Assembly (NCBI GenBank): GCA_052279835.1
Contig: CP181291.1
Coordinates: 704,001-768,000 of the forward strand
Source of the DNA: Microcoleus sp.
Lineage (GTDB): Bacteria; Cyanobacteriota; Cyanobacteriia; Cyanobacteriales; Microcoleaceae
Direction: 5' to 3'
Length of the DNA stretch: 64,000 nt
Shown here: positions 52,316 through 64,000 of the stretch, one piece after another
Layout of the letters: each line of letters starts with the position of its first letter
How positions within the stretch are numbered: the stretch's first letter is position 1
Translations under genes and position numbers: made by a program
The notes under the pieces: model-generated
Database searches by the model: none
The model's input: the letters and a program-made list of their open reading frames with translations, nothing else
Told to the model about the DNA's origin: nothing

Positions 52316-55129
52316 TCAAACCATCTCTGTCGAAACTTGCATGGCTGGCTGTGGCTGGAACTGGAACAGCGAATAAACCACGTTGCGGCGAATATCCGTC
52401 ATCATATCCAAAAACAGCTCGTAACCTTCAGTTTTGTATTCGATTAACGGGTCTTTTTGCCCGTAACCGCGCAGCCCGACAGACTCGCGCAAAGCATCCA
52501 TTTGTTGCAAATGTTCCCGCCACAAAGTATCAATTTGCTGCAAAATAAAGAACCGTTCCGCATCTCGCATCAAATCAGCTCGGATTGCATTAACTTCCGA
52601 TTCTTTCATGTCGTAAGCATTGCGAACTTGTTCGTGGAGGAAAGTCTTAATTTCTTCTACTGACAAATCTTCTAGTTGATCCGGTGTCATGTCAGCTAGC
52701 AAATAAACAAATTCCTTTACCTTGCTGACCAGTTTTTCCAGTTCCCACTCTTCCGAAGGTAAATCGGGATTGATGTATGCTCCCACAATGTCGTCCATTG
52801 TCTGTTCTGCATACTTAATCACCTGTTCCTTGGAGTCCAAACCTTCTAATACCCGACGGCGTTCAGCATAGATGGCTCGACGTTGATTGTTCATCACTTC
52901 GTCATACTCAAATACCTGTTTGCGGATGTCATAATAGTAGGTTTCAACTTTTTTCTGGGCGCCTTCTAAGGAACGAGTTAGCATTCCCGATTCGATCGGC
53001 ATATCTTCCTCTACCCCAAAAGCTTTCATCAAACCAGCCACCCGTTCTCCACCAAAAATCCTCAGCAAATTATCTTCCAAACTCAAGAAAAACCGAGTAG
53101 AACCAGGGTCTCCCTGGCGTCCCGCGCGGCCGCGCAACTGATTGTCAATCCGGCGCGATTCGTGGCGTTCTGTACCGATGACGTGGAGGCCTCCGAAGTT
53201 GACCACTTCATCATGTTCGGTGCTGGTAAAAGCTTCGTATTCGCTGCGAATTAATTTGTAAACTTCCCGCAGTTTTTGAATTACTGGGTCATTTGTCGGC
53301 GCTTTTTCCGAAGCTACAGCGATTTTATCATCTGCTTCCAATTCCGAGAGCGATCGCTCCCCGTATTCCTTGACAGCCAAATCCACCGCCACCTTCAACA
53401 TTTGTTCGGCATTTTTCGAGATTTCTGTCGGGAAAATCTGCGCTGAAGCCTTCCAAGACTTCATCTTTTTCTTAGTCGGAGCAAAACCTTGAGCAGCGGG
53501 CCTGCCACTAATACCCGGCACTTGTACGGGTACAAATCCTTCCTCATCATCGGGCCTCACAATCCGGGGCATCAAATACTCCCGCAATTTCAACCGCCCC
53601 ATATACTCGGAATTCCCCCCCAAAATAATATCAGTACCGCGGCCAGCCATGTTAGTGGCGATCGTCACCGCACCCTTGCGTCCGGCTTGAGCAATGATTT
53701 CCGACTCTCGTTCCACATTTTCTGGTTTGGCATTCAGCAAGTTGTGAGGAATCCTCAGTTCCGTCAGCAACCTCGACAGCAATTCCGACTTTTCGATACT
53801 CGTAGTACCCACCAGCACCGGGCGGCCTTGGCCGTGCATTTCCGCGCATTCTTGGGCTATAGCATTCCACTTACCATTTTCCGTTTTGTAAACCATATCC
53901 GACAGGTCTTTACGGCTAGGAATCCGGTTTGTCGGAATCAGCGTCACTTCCAGATTATAAATCTTGCCAAACTCCGCCTCTTCCGTCTTCGCCGTCCCAG
54001 TCATCCCCGACAGCTTCGGATAAAGCAAAAAGAAATTTTGATAGGTAATCGTCGCCAGCGTCTGAGTTTCCGGCTGAATTTCCGCCCGTTCCTTCGCTTC
54101 GATCGCCTGATGCAAACCATCACTCCAGCGCCGTCCCGGCATCACCCTCCCGGTAAACTCATCAACAATCACCACCTCATTCTCACGGACGATGTAGTTG
54201 ACATCCTTGATAAACAATTCCTTCGCCTTAATCGCATTAAAAATATAGTGCGCCCAAGGATCTGCCGGATCGTACAAATCCGTAACTCCCAACAACCGCT
54301 CAGCTTCCCCAAATCCTTCATCCGTCAATAGCACATTCCGAGCCTTTTCGTCAACTTCGTAATGTTCTTCATTTTCCTTTCTCAGGGCGGTTGCTACCTC
54401 AGAGGCCCGGATGTACTTCTCGCTGGGGCGCTCCACTTGGCCGGAAATAATCAGAGGTGTCCGGGCTTCATCGATTAGCACCGAGTCCACTTCGTCAATC
54501 ACGCAGAAATTAAAAGGACGCTGCACTACCTCTTCCATGACAGTAGCCATGTTATCCCGCAAATAGTCAAAGCCCACCTCGCTGTTCGTCGCGTAGGTGA
54601 TATCACAGTTATAGTTTTTCTTTCGTTCCGCCTGATCCATGCCCTGCTGAATCAGTCCCACAGTCAATCCCAGGAACCGGTGCACCTGCCCCATCCATTC
54701 CGCGTCCCGCCTCGCGAGATAATCGTTGACGGTGATGATGTGTACCCCTTTGCCGTTGAGGGCGTTGAGGTAGGCCGGCAGTGTCGCTACCAGGGTTTTT
54801 CCTTCACCAGTTTTCATTTCGGCAATTTGACCTTTGTGCAGGATGATGCCGCCCAGGAGTTGCACATCAAAGTGGCGCATTCCTAAAACTCGCTGTCCCG
54901 CTTCCCGCACCACCGCAAAAGCTTCTGGCAAGATTTCGTCTAGAATCTCTTTCTCGTCGTTGAGAGACTTAGCTTTCGCCAGACGTTGTTTAAACTCAGC
55001 AGTTTTGCCTCTGAGTTCCTCGTCTGTTAGGGCGCGGATTTCTTCTTCTAAGATTGTGATATCAGCTACCCAAGGCTGAAATTTTCTAAGCTTGCGTGCG
55101 TTGGGATCGCCGAGCAGATTTTTAAACAT
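52316..55129 (-). CDS. secA: Preprotein translocase ATPase SecA
   Basis: [35 protein letters not shown]. Confidence 0.98.
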   Translation of the reverse strand: MFKNLLGDPNARKLRKFQPWVADITILEEEIRALTDEELRGKTAEFKQRLAKAKSLNDEKEILDEILPEAFAVVREAGQRVLGMRHFDVQLLGGIILHKGQIAEMKTGEGKTLVATLPAYLNALNGKGVHIITVNDYLARRDAEWMGQVHRFLGLTVGLIQQGMDQAERKKNYNCDITYATNSEVGFDYLRDNMATVMEEVVQRPFNFCVIDEVDSVLIDEARTPLIISGQVERPSEKYIRASEVATALRKENEEHYEVDEKARNVLLTDEGFGEAERLLGVTDLYDPADPWAHYIFNAIKAKELFIKDVNYIVRENEVVIVDEFTGRVMPGRRWSDGLHQAIEAKERAEIQPETQTLATITYQNFFLLYPKLSGMTGTAKTEEAEFGKIYNLEVTLIPTNRIPSRKDLSDMVYKTENGKWNAIAQECAEMHGQGRPVLVGTTSIEKSELLSRLLTELRIPHNLLNAKPENVERESEIIAQAGRKGAVTIATNMAGRGTDIILGGNSEYMGRLKLREYLMPRIVRPDDEEGFVPVQVPGISGRPAAQGFAPTKKKMKSWKASAQIFPTEISKNAEQMLKVAVDLAVKEYGERSLSELEADDKIAVASEKAPTNDPVIQKLREVYKLIRSEYEAFTSTEHDEVVNFGGLHVIGTERHESRRIDNQLRGRAGRQGDPGSTRFFLSLEDNLLRIFGGERVAGLMKAFGVEEDMPIESGMLTRSLEGAQKKVETYYYDIRKQVFEYDEVMNNQRRAIYAERRRVLEGLDSKEQVIKYAEQTMDDIVGAYINPDLPSEEWELEKLVSKVKEFVYLLADMTPDQLEDLSVEEIKTFLHEQVRNAYDMKESEVNAIRADLMRDAERFFILQQIDTLWREHLQQMDALRESVGLRGYGQKDPLIEYKTEGYELFLDMMTDIRRNVVYSLFQFQPQPAMQVSTEMV

Positions 55130-55607
55130 GGCAGGAGAGGCAGATTTTTAATAATTTAGCTAGTAGCTTTCAGCTTTAGGGACTGGAGTATTACCCACAG
55201 TATTTACCTTTTCCGATTGTAGCAACCATTGGCTCTGCTCTGTGGCCGTCACGGGCGATCGCTTTCTTGTTCCATCCTGCCATCACTGCGTTGCAGAGTG
55301 TTTCATCTCCCTTGAACAAAATCTATGCAATTACCGATAAACTGCGTCTGTTGCCCCGTGCTTCTGGGATGGCTTGTCTTTTTTTGAGATGTCGGGGAAA
55401 ATTTTGTAGTCCCTTTGCCGAAAAAACCAGCTTAAATCATCGGTGGGGATGTAACCGATGCGCGGATGGGGCCGCCTATAATCTTAGCAATCACTAAAAT
55501 CTATGTTTTTATCTGTAGATGTCAGGAGTAGATAACAGTCAAAAATCAAGCAGTTGTAATTACCAAATAGCAAAAAATCCTTAAATAACGTCAAGAACCT
55601 ATTTAAC

Positions 55608-57023
55608 ATGAGCGATCGCATTTCTGCACCCAACGTTTACTTATACGCTTTCCAACTTTATCATGACAACCAGGGCAGCGATCATCCTCTGTGGCAACAA
55701 TGCGAGCAGATTTTGGCTAAATTTGCCTATAGTTATGAAAAACTCACACCCCATCTGGTTTTTCCCACCAATTCTCACCGCTACTGTGCCGATTTACTGT
55801 CCGATTCTTCCCTCCCCTTTAATACCCGCAATCCCTTGATCGAAGGTTTTGCCCAACCTCGACAAATTCAAGATAGCTATGCTGTCTGTTTAAATATAGG
55901 TTGCCGGGAAGATGGCACTGCTAATAATTTAGATGTCAGTTTTATTGAAAAATTTAACCCCAATCAAGCTTTACTCATCAGCGGTGATGACAATTTTTTA
56001 GGTCAAACTCTGCTCGTTACCGCATGGCTGACCGAACCAAACTTACCCGATAATTTAGATTCCCTCAAACCCCTGGCTGATAAATGTCGCGATTCTTTAT
56101 TTTCCGGCGATTCTCCCCCTAGTTTTTACCGATCGGGTAAACTGTTTGGTAGCCCGATTTTTGAATACGGTTCACTTACCGATCTTCCCCATTGTCACCA
56201 CCTCTTTGTCTGGCTCCTGGGCGACAAACAAACTGATGCAGATTTTAACACTTGCCAACAGGAAATATTTAACCTATTATTTCACAGACACAAAATTATT
56301 AAGGCTTTTCAAGACAGCCGCCAGATTTACCAGGAACTTGATGCCGAATACCGCACCATTGAGAAAAATATGGAGGTTTTGCAGCAGCAATTTGCCCAGG
56401 ATACTGTATTAACTTCTTCTCAATTGCAAGAATTGCAGGAACAGTTAAAGCAACTCTTTTGCAAATCTGTAACTTATACTCGCTTGTTGCGGAAACTTGC
56501 AGATTTTGATAATACAATTGCCATAAATATTTACAATTATAATGAGATTTTGCAGAAAATATGTGTTATGATTGAAAGCGATAAGGAAGAACTATCGATA
56601 TTAAATAGTTTTAGTATAAAAAATGCGCGTCAGATGCGATCGCAAATAGCAGGGGACCTAGGATATTTCCACCACGGAACCAGTTTAATCGAACAGGCGA
56701 TCGCCTCCATTAGAGGGATAGTAGAAATAGAACAAGCCAGGAGCGATCGCGCCCACCAAATCGAACTCCGCAACAGCGAAACAGCAGAGAAAAATCGAGA
56801 CGATCGCATAGAAAGCAAAGTTCAGGCGATCGGAGTTGGTATAGCCGCAGGTGGCATCTGTGCCTCTAGCGGCACAGACAAACTGTTCGAGACTCTAGAA
56901 CAAAATCACGTTCCCGCACCCTTAATCCTGTGGCATCCCTTTGTATTTTCATTTTTGCTCAGTGGCACGATCGCCCTGTTGGCAGCAGGCATCACAGCGT
57001 GGCGGACGAAACCCAAAAAGTAG
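55608..57023 (+). CDS. Hypothetical protein with coiled coil and two C-terminal TM helices (CorA-like topology possible)
   Basis: 471-aa ORF; hydrophobic segments at the C-terminus. Confidence 0.7.
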   Translation: MSDRISAPNVYLYAFQLYHDNQGSDHPLWQQCEQILAKFAYSYEKLTPHLVFPTNSHRYCADLLSDSSLPFNTRNPLIEGFAQPRQIQDSYAVCLNIGCREDGTANNLDVSFIEKFNPNQALLISGDDNFLGQTLLVTAWLTEPNLPDNLDSLKPLADKCRDSLFSGDSPPSFYRSGKLFGSPIFEYGSLTDLPHCHHLFVWLLGDKQTDADFNTCQQEIFNLLFHRHKIIKAFQDSRQIYQELDAEYRTIEKNMEVLQQQFAQDTVLTSSQLQELQEQLKQLFCKSVTYTRLLRKLADFDNTIAINIYNYNEILQKICVMIESDKEELSILNSFSIKNARQMRSQIAGDLGYFHHGTSLIEQAIASIRGIVEIEQARSDRAHQIELRNSETAEKNRDDRIESKVQAIGVGIAAGGICASSGTDKLFETLEQNHVPAPLILWHPFVFSFLLSGTIALLAAGITAWRTKPKK

Positions 57024-57081
57024 CAAAAAGGGCGATCGAGCAAAGCCAACTCAGAAATTCCTCAGAGAGCGAACATCGATC

Positions 57082-60027
57082 TTAAAGACTAGCCAGCGGT
57101 AATACCAACCGAGCTACAACCAAATTACGATCTAAAATTTCCATAGACAGATTTCCCCCCATCAACCGCACCGCCCGCTGACAACTCAATAAAACTTGAA
57201 ACATCGGCTGATTAAAATTAGCATCACCTAAAATATTCGGTGCAGACATACCATTGAAGATAGCAATTAACTGTGGATCGAACCCACCGCGATCGGTAAC
57301 AGACAACTCCAGCAAATCGGCGGCGACAATCTGATAGCGAACCTCAATTTTCCCCCCAACGGACGATCGCCGACAAGCAGCCGCCAGCAATTCCCACAGC
57401 ACCAAATCCAGCTTGATACTGTCCCCCCGAACGCCCAAAGTCTTACCCGGTGGTAGCGAAACCGACGTCTCCCGGTTGACTTCCAACAAAATTTCTAACT
57501 GCTTGATCAGAGGAGCAGCCCGATCGAGCGATCGCTTCAACCAAGCACCCACCGGCACCGCATCCAATCCAAATTGCGGCCGCCACTGTTCCTGCTTCAA
57601 AACCAAATGAATCGACCCCAAAGCATTACCAATCTGACGCAAAACCTGCTGGTAGCGCAAACTTTTAAGAGCATCCTTTTGTTCTTTCCCAGACTGCAAA
57701 ATCGACTCACTCAACTCCCCCAACTCCTTCACCCCCGTTCCCACAATCCGGTAAAACTCCTCAAAACGCCGCTGCTTATACCAATTGAGCAACTCCAGAT
57801 CCGATCGCTGCAACGAACACACAGACTGCACGGCCAAATACCGACGCCACCAAGCCAAATGAGAAGCCATCTGGTCCAGTAAATTCACTGATAACTCCGA
57901 CCACCGACGCCCCCCAGCATCCGCCACCAATAAGATACCCATCGGCTCGTGTTCCGGCGCAGTCCGCAGCGCCACCGCCATCATCTCCCCAATACCCGGA
58001 CTGCGCAGCCACCGCTTAGTGGCCAGCGGCAATTCACTCATACTGTGTTGCACCACCCCCCCAGCAGCGACAACTTGTTGAATCAAAAAATCAGTTTTGA
58101 CGGGAATCGCTGCTTCGGGATTGAGAGCAAATACCGGATTGGCCGCCACCGTCACAATCAAAGCTTCCTCTTGGTGAAAATTCCAAGTAATTACCGCCAC
58201 TAAAGGACAAGAAACCGTCTGAGCAACGTATTGAGCAAAGTTATACTCTAGTTTTTGTCGTGGCAAATCTCGAAAAATCCCCGGTGATGACATCGATATC
58301 TGTTCGGGAGATGGTTCCAGGGGAGTTTCTAAAGCAGCTAAGCCTGATTTGAGTCCTCGGTAGAATTGTTGGTACTTATCCAGTTCCGAACTCTGCTGCC
58401 ACTGGTGCAGAATCAGCCCTAGCTGTTGACTGACAACTTGAACTAATTCTCGCTCCGATCGACTCCAATTCCGAGTAGCACTGTGTCCGACAACCAACAA
58501 ACCCTCTATCGAATGGGAATTTGGGATGGGAGATTGGAGATTCGAGTGTTCTGCTTGTACCCTCGAACTTCTGTCCTCCGACTTCTTACCCCGCGTGCTC
58601 AGCGCCAACAGCGAGCGTACACCCGCTTCTGTCAGCACTTCCCGCCAAGCCCCCAATCGCCCGTCTTCCTCCCAATTTTCAATGGCCACTGTGTCCACAC
58701 TGTTCTCCAGCAGCCGCAAATCCACCAAGTCAAGAGCCTTAAGCGGTGATGGCACTGCTCTGCGGTGACGGGGCAGATTTTGGCACACAATTTCATACCG
58801 ATCCAGTTCTTCCTCGTACAGCAGCAGCAGAAAGTATTCGCAGTTGAGCCGCCCACAAAGTTGAGCCGCCGTATTTTTCAGAGTCGTTTCCCAGTCAGCA
58901 TCGCTGTAGATGGCGCGAGCTATGCCCGCTGTTAAATCTCGATCGATCTCCGTTTGCTGAATCCGCCCTTCCATCTCCGACAACGGCACCGTCAGAGCCA
59001 CCAACTGCCCCACTCCCCGCAGGTAATTTTTTTCATGTTCTTGCCAAATCCGCGGTTCGCTCGCTTCCACAGCCAGAAATCCCAGCAATTCCCCCTCTAA
59101 CACAATTGGTGCCGCCAGGAGCGATCGCGCCCGAATTTGCTGCATCAACCGCCCGGTAAGTTCGCTTTTGAGAGAACTATGGGATTCTCCGATCCACACG
59201 ATTTGTTCCTTTGCCAAGGCCTGATAAAACCCTCCCAAGTCTTGGACAGTGATACCAGAAGCCGGTCGTTTGAGCCCGCCCAAACCCGGAGCCACTTGGC
59301 GATTGCTGACTCTCCGCCAAAAATAGCGCCGCTCTCGCTCGAACCAATAAACATTAGTCCTTGTCGGCTCGATAAATTCATGGCTGTGTTCGACTACTGT
59401 TTGCAAATATTGGTCTAGCGATCGCAATTCCCGCAATTGCGAAATCAGTCCGATCAGTGACTCATCCGGCCGCTTGGTCAAAGTGCGCTGCCAGTCTTTT
59501 TCTATTTGATAAAGAGCTGTTGCTAACGCTCCAAATACAATCGTCAGTTGCGTTTTTTCCGCCGACGAAAGCGAGCTTCCCCACTCATCGGTCCCCAGCA
59601 AAATTACCCCATAACATCGGTCTTTATAACGCAGCGGAAACAAAATTGCCCCTTGAATATTGAAATTTTGAGCCCATGAACGCCATTCTCCCGCTCTGTT
59701 TTCCTCCCGTAAATCCGGCACTACCACAGGCCGAAGCTGAATTACAACTTGTTCTAGCAAATCTCCCGGATTCAAAATAAATCGCTGTTTCAGAAAAGAC
59801 AAGTCACCGTTAGGCGTCATTCCACCTTTGCCAAACAGTCTATGCCCAGCGCGATCGTACAATCCAATCCAAATTAATCGCCAGTCGAATTCTCCTTGCA
59901 AGTATGAGAGAGTTGTGCCAAGCAGCACCTCCACATTCTCATCTTCTCGCAAAGTCTGGAGAACTCGCTCGAAATGTACAATTTGTTGGTCTGAATCCTT
60001 CGGTCTTTGCTGGTGGTTCATTTCCAA
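57082..60027 (-). CDS. Multi-GAF sensor protein with degenerate kinase-like C-terminus
   Basis: Several GAF repeats (LFPLRY..YGVI; LAAPIV..LLGFL); HATPase-like remnant (KLDLVLWELL, SVTDRG, MGGNL) without a clear H-box. Confidence 0.8.
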   Translation of the reverse strand: MEMNHQQRPKDSDQQIVHFERVLQTLREDENVEVLLGTTLSYLQGEFDWRLIWIGLYDRAGHRLFGKGGMTPNGDLSFLKQRFILNPGDLLEQVVIQLRPVVVPDLREENRAGEWRSWAQNFNIQGAILFPLRYKDRCYGVILLGTDEWGSSLSSAEKTQLTIVFGALATALYQIEKDWQRTLTKRPDESLIGLISQLRELRSLDQYLQTVVEHSHEFIEPTRTNVYWFERERRYFWRRVSNRQVAPGLGGLKRPASGITVQDLGGFYQALAKEQIVWIGESHSSLKSELTGRLMQQIRARSLLAAPIVLEGELLGFLAVEASEPRIWQEHEKNYLRGVGQLVALTVPLSEMEGRIQQTEIDRDLTAGIARAIYSDADWETTLKNTAAQLCGRLNCEYFLLLLYEEELDRYEIVCQNLPRHRRAVPSPLKALDLVDLRLLENSVDTVAIENWEEDGRLGAWREVLTEAGVRSLLALSTRGKKSEDRSSRVQAEHSNLQSPIPNSHSIEGLLVVGHSATRNWSRSERELVQVVSQQLGLILHQWQQSSELDKYQQFYRGLKSGLAALETPLEPSPEQISMSSPGIFRDLPRQKLEYNFAQYVAQTVSCPLVAVITWNFHQEEALIVTVAANPVFALNPEAAIPVKTDFLIQQVVAAGGVVQHSMSELPLATKRWLRSPGIGEMMAVALRTAPEHEPMGILLVADAGGRRWSELSVNLLDQMASHLAWWRRYLAVQSVCSLQRSDLELLNWYKQRRFEEFYRIVGTGVKELGELSESILQSGKEQKDALKSLRYQQVLRQIGNALGSIHLVLKQEQWRPQFGLDAVPVGAWLKRSLDRAAPLIKQLEILLEVNRETSVSLPPGKTLGVRGDSIKLDLVLWELLAAACRRSSVGGKIEVRYQIVAADLLELSVTDRGGFDPQLIAIFNGMSAPNILGDANFNQPMFQVLLSCQRAVRLMGGNLSMEILDRNLVVARLVLPLASL

Positions 60028-60146
60028 GCGCCCCTAAAACTTTGTCCAAATCAAAATTAAGAATTAAAATAAAATTCGCAAGACCATCCACTATAATCTA
60101 AATTGTCAAAATTATTTTTTCTTATTTAATTATCTAGGATAAGTCA

Positions 60147-61307
60147 TTGGATATTTATCAATTTGGCCTGCGACCACTTTTGTTTTCCCTATTTAAAGCC
60201 GATGCCGAATGGCTACACAACCGCACCCTGCAAATTCTCGAATTAGCCGATCGCACCCAGTCCAACCCCGCAACCAGTCGAATTTTAGACCAATTCCAGC
60301 AATCTTTTCGACTGCAAGATTCCCGGCTAGAACAATCACTTTGGGGATTGAACTTCCAAAACCCTGTGGGCTTAGCCGCCGGATTTGATAAAAATGGCGT
60401 AGCTGCTAGCATCTGGACAAAATTTGGCTTTGGTTTTGCCGAACTCGGCACGGTTACTTGGCAACCACAGCCCGGAAACCCCCAGCCTCGCTTGTTTCGC
60501 TTGACAGACGACAGTGCAGCCCTCAATCGCATGGGATTTAACAATCAAGGCGCTCAAGCAATGGCTTCCCGGTTTCAGGCTGCGTACAACAGGGGGAAAT
60601 TAGACCACTCATACCCCAGCCCTGACTCCCCATTCCCCTTGGGGATTAATCTCGGTAAATCTAAGGTAACACCCTTAGAGCAGGCATCAACAGATTATTT
60701 GGAGAGTTTTAAGCTCTTGGTTGATTGGGGAGACTATTTTGTGGTGAATGTTTCTTCCCCCAATACTCCTGGATTGCGATCGCTCCAAGATGCAGCTCAG
60801 CTCAGTACCATCTTAGACATTTTGCAACAACAAAATCAGGGCATTAAACCTATTTTAGTCAAGATTGCCCCGGATTTAGAATGGGAGGCGATCGCCTCCA
60901 TTCTCGACTTAGCAAAAACCTACCACCTCGCAGGAATTATCGCCACCAACACTACCATCCGCCGCGACGGATTGAAAACCCAAATCTTGCCCGAAACAGG
61001 CAAACCAATTAGCGAAGAACCAGGTGGAATTAGCGGCCTTCCAGTACAAGAGCGATCGACACAAATCATCCGATTTATCTGGGAGCAAACTCAAGGAGAA
61101 TTGCCGATTGTAGGAGTCGGTGGCATCTTCACCGCTGACGATGCTTGGGAAAAGATTGCAGCCGGGGCAAGTTTAATTCAAGTTTACACAGGTTGGGTTT
61201 ACGAAGGACCTTGGATGGTGCGCAGGATTCTCCAAGGATTGCTCAAAAAATTGGAAGCCGCCGGATTTAATTCTATTTCGGAAGCCGTTGGTTGCGGGCA
61301 CAAATAG
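60147..61307 (+). CDS. pyrD: Quinone-dependent dihydroorotate dehydrogenase
   Basis: [35 protein letters not shown]. Confidence 0.96.
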   Translation: MDIYQFGLRPLLFSLFKADAEWLHNRTLQILELADRTQSNPATSRILDQFQQSFRLQDSRLEQSLWGLNFQNPVGLAAGFDKNGVAASIWTKFGFGFAELGTVTWQPQPGNPQPRLFRLTDDSAALNRMGFNNQGAQAMASRFQAAYNRGKLDHSYPSPDSPFPLGINLGKSKVTPLEQASTDYLESFKLLVDWGDYFVVNVSSPNTPGLRSLQDAAQLSTILDILQQQNQGIKPILVKIAPDLEWEAIASILDLAKTYHLAGIIATNTTIRRDGLKTQILPETGKPISEEPGGISGLPVQERSTQIIRFIWEQTQGELPIVGVGGIFTADDAWEKIAAGASLIQVYTGWVYEGPWMVRRILQGLLKKLEAAGFNSISEAVGCGHK

Positions 61308-61389
61308 ATATGCCTTTTTGTGGTTTCGCTATCTTTACGAACAGGCAGGATGCCTGTTCCACAACAATTACGGGAGATATCTAAAGGAT

Positions 61390-62397
61390 TTAGACACCGC
61401 TGGGAGAGTATTCTCGATCGCCTTTGCTCAAAGCCGCCTCTGTTAATCCTGACACCGATCGAGCTCGCACAGCCCGGAACATCCCAAACCGACACAGCCC
61501 CGTGCCGAAGGCCAGTCGCATCAGCAACAGCGTCGGTACTTCGCGCACAGATTTAATCAAACCAGATAAACCAAAACGCACCAATCCTTCAGGTTTAGCC
61601 ACTCCTTGCCAGATAGAATCCAGCCAAGAAGGAAGAGTTGGTTCAGTCCAATCTGCTGTTACCACTTCACCCTCTACAAATCCCGTCGCTGCCAAAAGTT
61701 CCGCAAAGCCTTCGATGCTAGAAAATGCAGGATGAGACCACTGATCCAACAGTTGCTGCATCACAGGTTTCTCCCAAAAATTCAGTGGCTTTTGTCTGTC
61801 GTCCCTTTGATTCCAGTCAGCAACCACCAGCAAGCCACCAGGTTTGAGCACCCTCATCAACTCCCTGGCAAAAATCGCTTTGTCCGGCATATGGGGCCCG
61901 GCTTCTATTGACCAAACAACATCAAAACTGGCATCGGGAAAAGACAGCGCCATCGCATCATCCACCTGAAACTCCACCTCAAGTTCCGGTGCAGTCAAAT
62001 CCTGAGCGCGTTTAACCTGTTGGGGACTGATCGTAATCCCTGTCACCTTAAAGCCGTAATCCCGCGCTAAAATGCGGCTGCTACCCCCAATTCCGCAGCC
62101 CACATCCAACACAGTAGTATCGCGGGGCGATCGATCTAAACCCCCCCAGCGCACCATTTCATGCACAAAGTCCGATTTTGCCTCCAGAAAATCCTTCCTC
62201 TGTGGCGGCGCACCGTAATGACCTAGATGGATGTGCTCGCCCCAGTAAAACTCCAAAATACCGTCTTCAGTCCATTGGTCATAGGAATTTGCCACAGAGC
62301 TAGATGATTGATAACGGCGAGCCGTGATCAGATACAATGTAACGCCCAGCGTCACTACAGCCAACAGAAGTCCCAGCCCGGAAAAAACCAAACTCAT
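61390..62397 (-). CDS. MPBQ/MSBQ methyltransferase (tocopherol/plastoquinone; Sll0418-like)
   Basis: EFYWGEHIHLGHY, LDVGCGIGG, WSIEAGPHMPDK. Confidence 0.85.
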   Translation of the reverse strand: MSLVFSGLGLLLAVVTLGVTLYLITARRYQSSSSVANSYDQWTEDGILEFYWGEHIHLGHYGAPPQRKDFLEAKSDFVHEMVRWGGLDRSPRDTTVLDVGCGIGGSSRILARDYGFKVTGITISPQQVKRAQDLTAPELEVEFQVDDAMALSFPDASFDVVWSIEAGPHMPDKAIFARELMRVLKPGGLLVVADWNQRDDRQKPLNFWEKPVMQQLLDQWSHPAFSSIEGFAELLAATGFVEGEVVTADWTEPTLPSWLDSIWQGVAKPEGLVRFGLSGLIKSVREVPTLLLMRLAFGTGLCRFGMFRAVRARSVSGLTEAALSKGDREYSPSGV

Positions 62398-62507
62398 TGC
62401 GATCGAGCCTTAATATTTTTTAACAATTTTATCCCACGATCGGGACTTAGGCATCCAGCCAACAGTTTGAGATTAATTCTGGGATTCCCCATCGCCCGTC
62501 TGTCTAG

Positions 62508-63956
62508 CTAAAATCTTTCCGCTAATTTCAAAGCATTAAGTTGAGCTTGCGCCTTATGCAGCGACTCCTGCCATTCCCTTTCAGGGTTGCTATCAGCCAC
62601 AATACCCGCACCCACCTGTCCCCAAACAGTTCCCCCCGCCCTACCGTCACTTTTTGGCGCATATAACAGAGTACGAATCAAAATATTTAAATCCAAATTC
62701 CCCCGCCAGTCCAAATAACCGCAGGAACCATAAAACAAACTACGCTTCACCGGTTCCAATTCTTCAATAATTTCCAAACAACGCACCTTCGGACAACCCG
62801 TAATCGTACCCCCCGGAAATACCCCTCGAATTAAGTCGATCGCATCACAATCTTCTTTTAATATACCAATCACATTACTAACCAAGTGCATCACATGACT
62901 GTAGCGCTCAATCGTCAGAAACTCATTAACTTGGACAGAACCCCATTCACACACTCTCCCGATATCATTCCGCTCTAAATCCACCAGCATAATATGTTCG
63001 GCTATTTCCTTGACATTCTCTACTAAATCCTGGGCTAACTGTTCGTCTTGCATCGCAGTTAAACCCCGCGGCCTCGTTCCGGCGATCGGTCTGGTATCAA
63101 CTTTATTACCTGATAATTGCACCAGTCTTTCCGGCGAACAACTAACAATATCACCCCAAGGAGTTTGCCAATAACTCGCAAAAGGAGAAGGATTAATCTG
63201 CTGCAAAGCGCGATAGATAGACCAACTATCACAAGCCGTACTAGCTTCAAACCTTACCGACAAATTAGCTTGAAAAATATCACCAGCCTCAATATATTTT
63301 TGAGCAATTTTTACTATTTTCTCATACTCATTTTTAGACAATCCTAAATTATAAATACCAGGATCATTTTGCTCCTTAGCTGAATTTTTATGTATTTTTG
63401 TTTCTGCTATTTGCTCTAGACAATGCTCCATAACATCAAGTTCAGAATTTTCACTTGCCGCTAACCAGAGACATTGTTCTTGATGATCTAAGACAGCAAA
63501 AGATGCTGGTTCATACCAACAACTAACCGGGAAAGGCAGCGGTTCTGGATTAATTTGGGGTAGTTGCTCAATTTCCCATGCTAAATCATAACCAAGCCAT
63601 CCCAACCAACCCCCAGTAAAAGGAATCGACGGCGGCACATTCAATTCTAAATTTTGCTTTTGATTGTGGAGAAGCACCCGTAAAAAAGGTAAAATTTCAC
63701 CTACAGGCGGTGTCCACAGTTGAGATTCACCATCAATTATTCGCGGAGAACCAGCACAAATAGAATATCGTGCCAAGTTACTCGTAGTTTTAACTGGACT
63801 TTCTAATAAAACCGCCATATCTTGATGCGGTAAATCCGAGATTGAGTCTGTAGAGTCTGCGGTTTTACTAATCAGAAATAAAGCCTGAAAAATCTCCGAT
63901 CCACTACGTTGATTTAGGGGAAGCTTTCGCCAATGCCAAGGTTTTATTGATGTCAT
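62508..63956 (-). CDS. Chorismate-binding enzyme component I (PabB / TrpE family)
   Basis: PFTGGWLG, SPERL, PIAGTRPR, EHIMLVDLERND, FPGGTITGCPK. Confidence 0.9.
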   Translation of the reverse strand: MTSIKPWHWRKLPLNQRSGSEIFQALFLISKTADSTDSISDLPHQDMAVLLESPVKTTSNLARYSICAGSPRIIDGESQLWTPPVGEILPFLRVLLHNQKQNLELNVPPSIPFTGGWLGWLGYDLAWEIEQLPQINPEPLPFPVSCWYEPASFAVLDHQEQCLWLAASENSELDVMEHCLEQIAETKIHKNSAKEQNDPGIYNLGLSKNEYEKIVKIAQKYIEAGDIFQANLSVRFEASTACDSWSIYRALQQINPSPFASYWQTPWGDIVSCSPERLVQLSGNKVDTRPIAGTRPRGLTAMQDEQLAQDLVENVKEIAEHIMLVDLERNDIGRVCEWGSVQVNEFLTIERYSHVMHLVSNVIGILKEDCDAIDLIRGVFPGGTITGCPKVRCLEIIEELEPVKRSLFYGSCGYLDWRGNLDLNILIRTLLYAPKSDGRAGGTVWGQVGAGIVADSNPEREWQESLHKAQAQLNALKLAERF

Positions 63957-64000
63957 AATTATCGTTCTAATATACTATAGCCTTTCTCAGTTAGGTGAGG

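Noticed and set aside
1..64000. rRNA/tRNA genes or prophage
   Set aside because: No cloverleaf or rRNA signatures and no phage or integrase ORFs were recognised by eye.

Overview
A 64-kb chromosomal segment of a filamentous cyanobacterium, most likely Oscillatoriales/Microcoleaceae. The evidence is abundant HIP1 GCGATCGC octamers, heptameric STRR repeats, cyanobacterial rpaA/ho1 and Microcoleus-type REP-like palindromes; the taxonomic call is inference. Core genes: gyrB 3' end, ho1, mfd, birA, dnaB, rplI (apparent +1 frameshift), gloB, rpaA, rpsL-rpsG-fusA-tuf-rpsJ, secA, pyrD, a tocopherol/plastoquinone methyltransferase and a pabB/trpE-like gene. Accessory blocks: (i) a carbamoyltransferase-SxtJ-SxtK-3xSGNH operon with no saxitoxin core genes in this window, whose 54-aa SxtK-like peptide (missed by the ORF track) ends in a DltX-like FIYxxF hexapeptide; (ii) iron (FTR1/ferritin-like) and Ni/Co ECF uptake genes; (iii) a galE/fucosyltransferase/GT4/ABC glycan cluster; (iv) a nested array of LRR-Roco 5' stubs alternating with DUF433 antitoxin genes whose toxin partners survive only as stubs, ahead of an intact Roco gene; (v) three IS200/IS605 (tnpB/omega-RNA-like) remnants plus several MITE/REP/STRR repeats, some translated in frame inside genes. 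No rRNA, tRNA or CRISPR array was seen.
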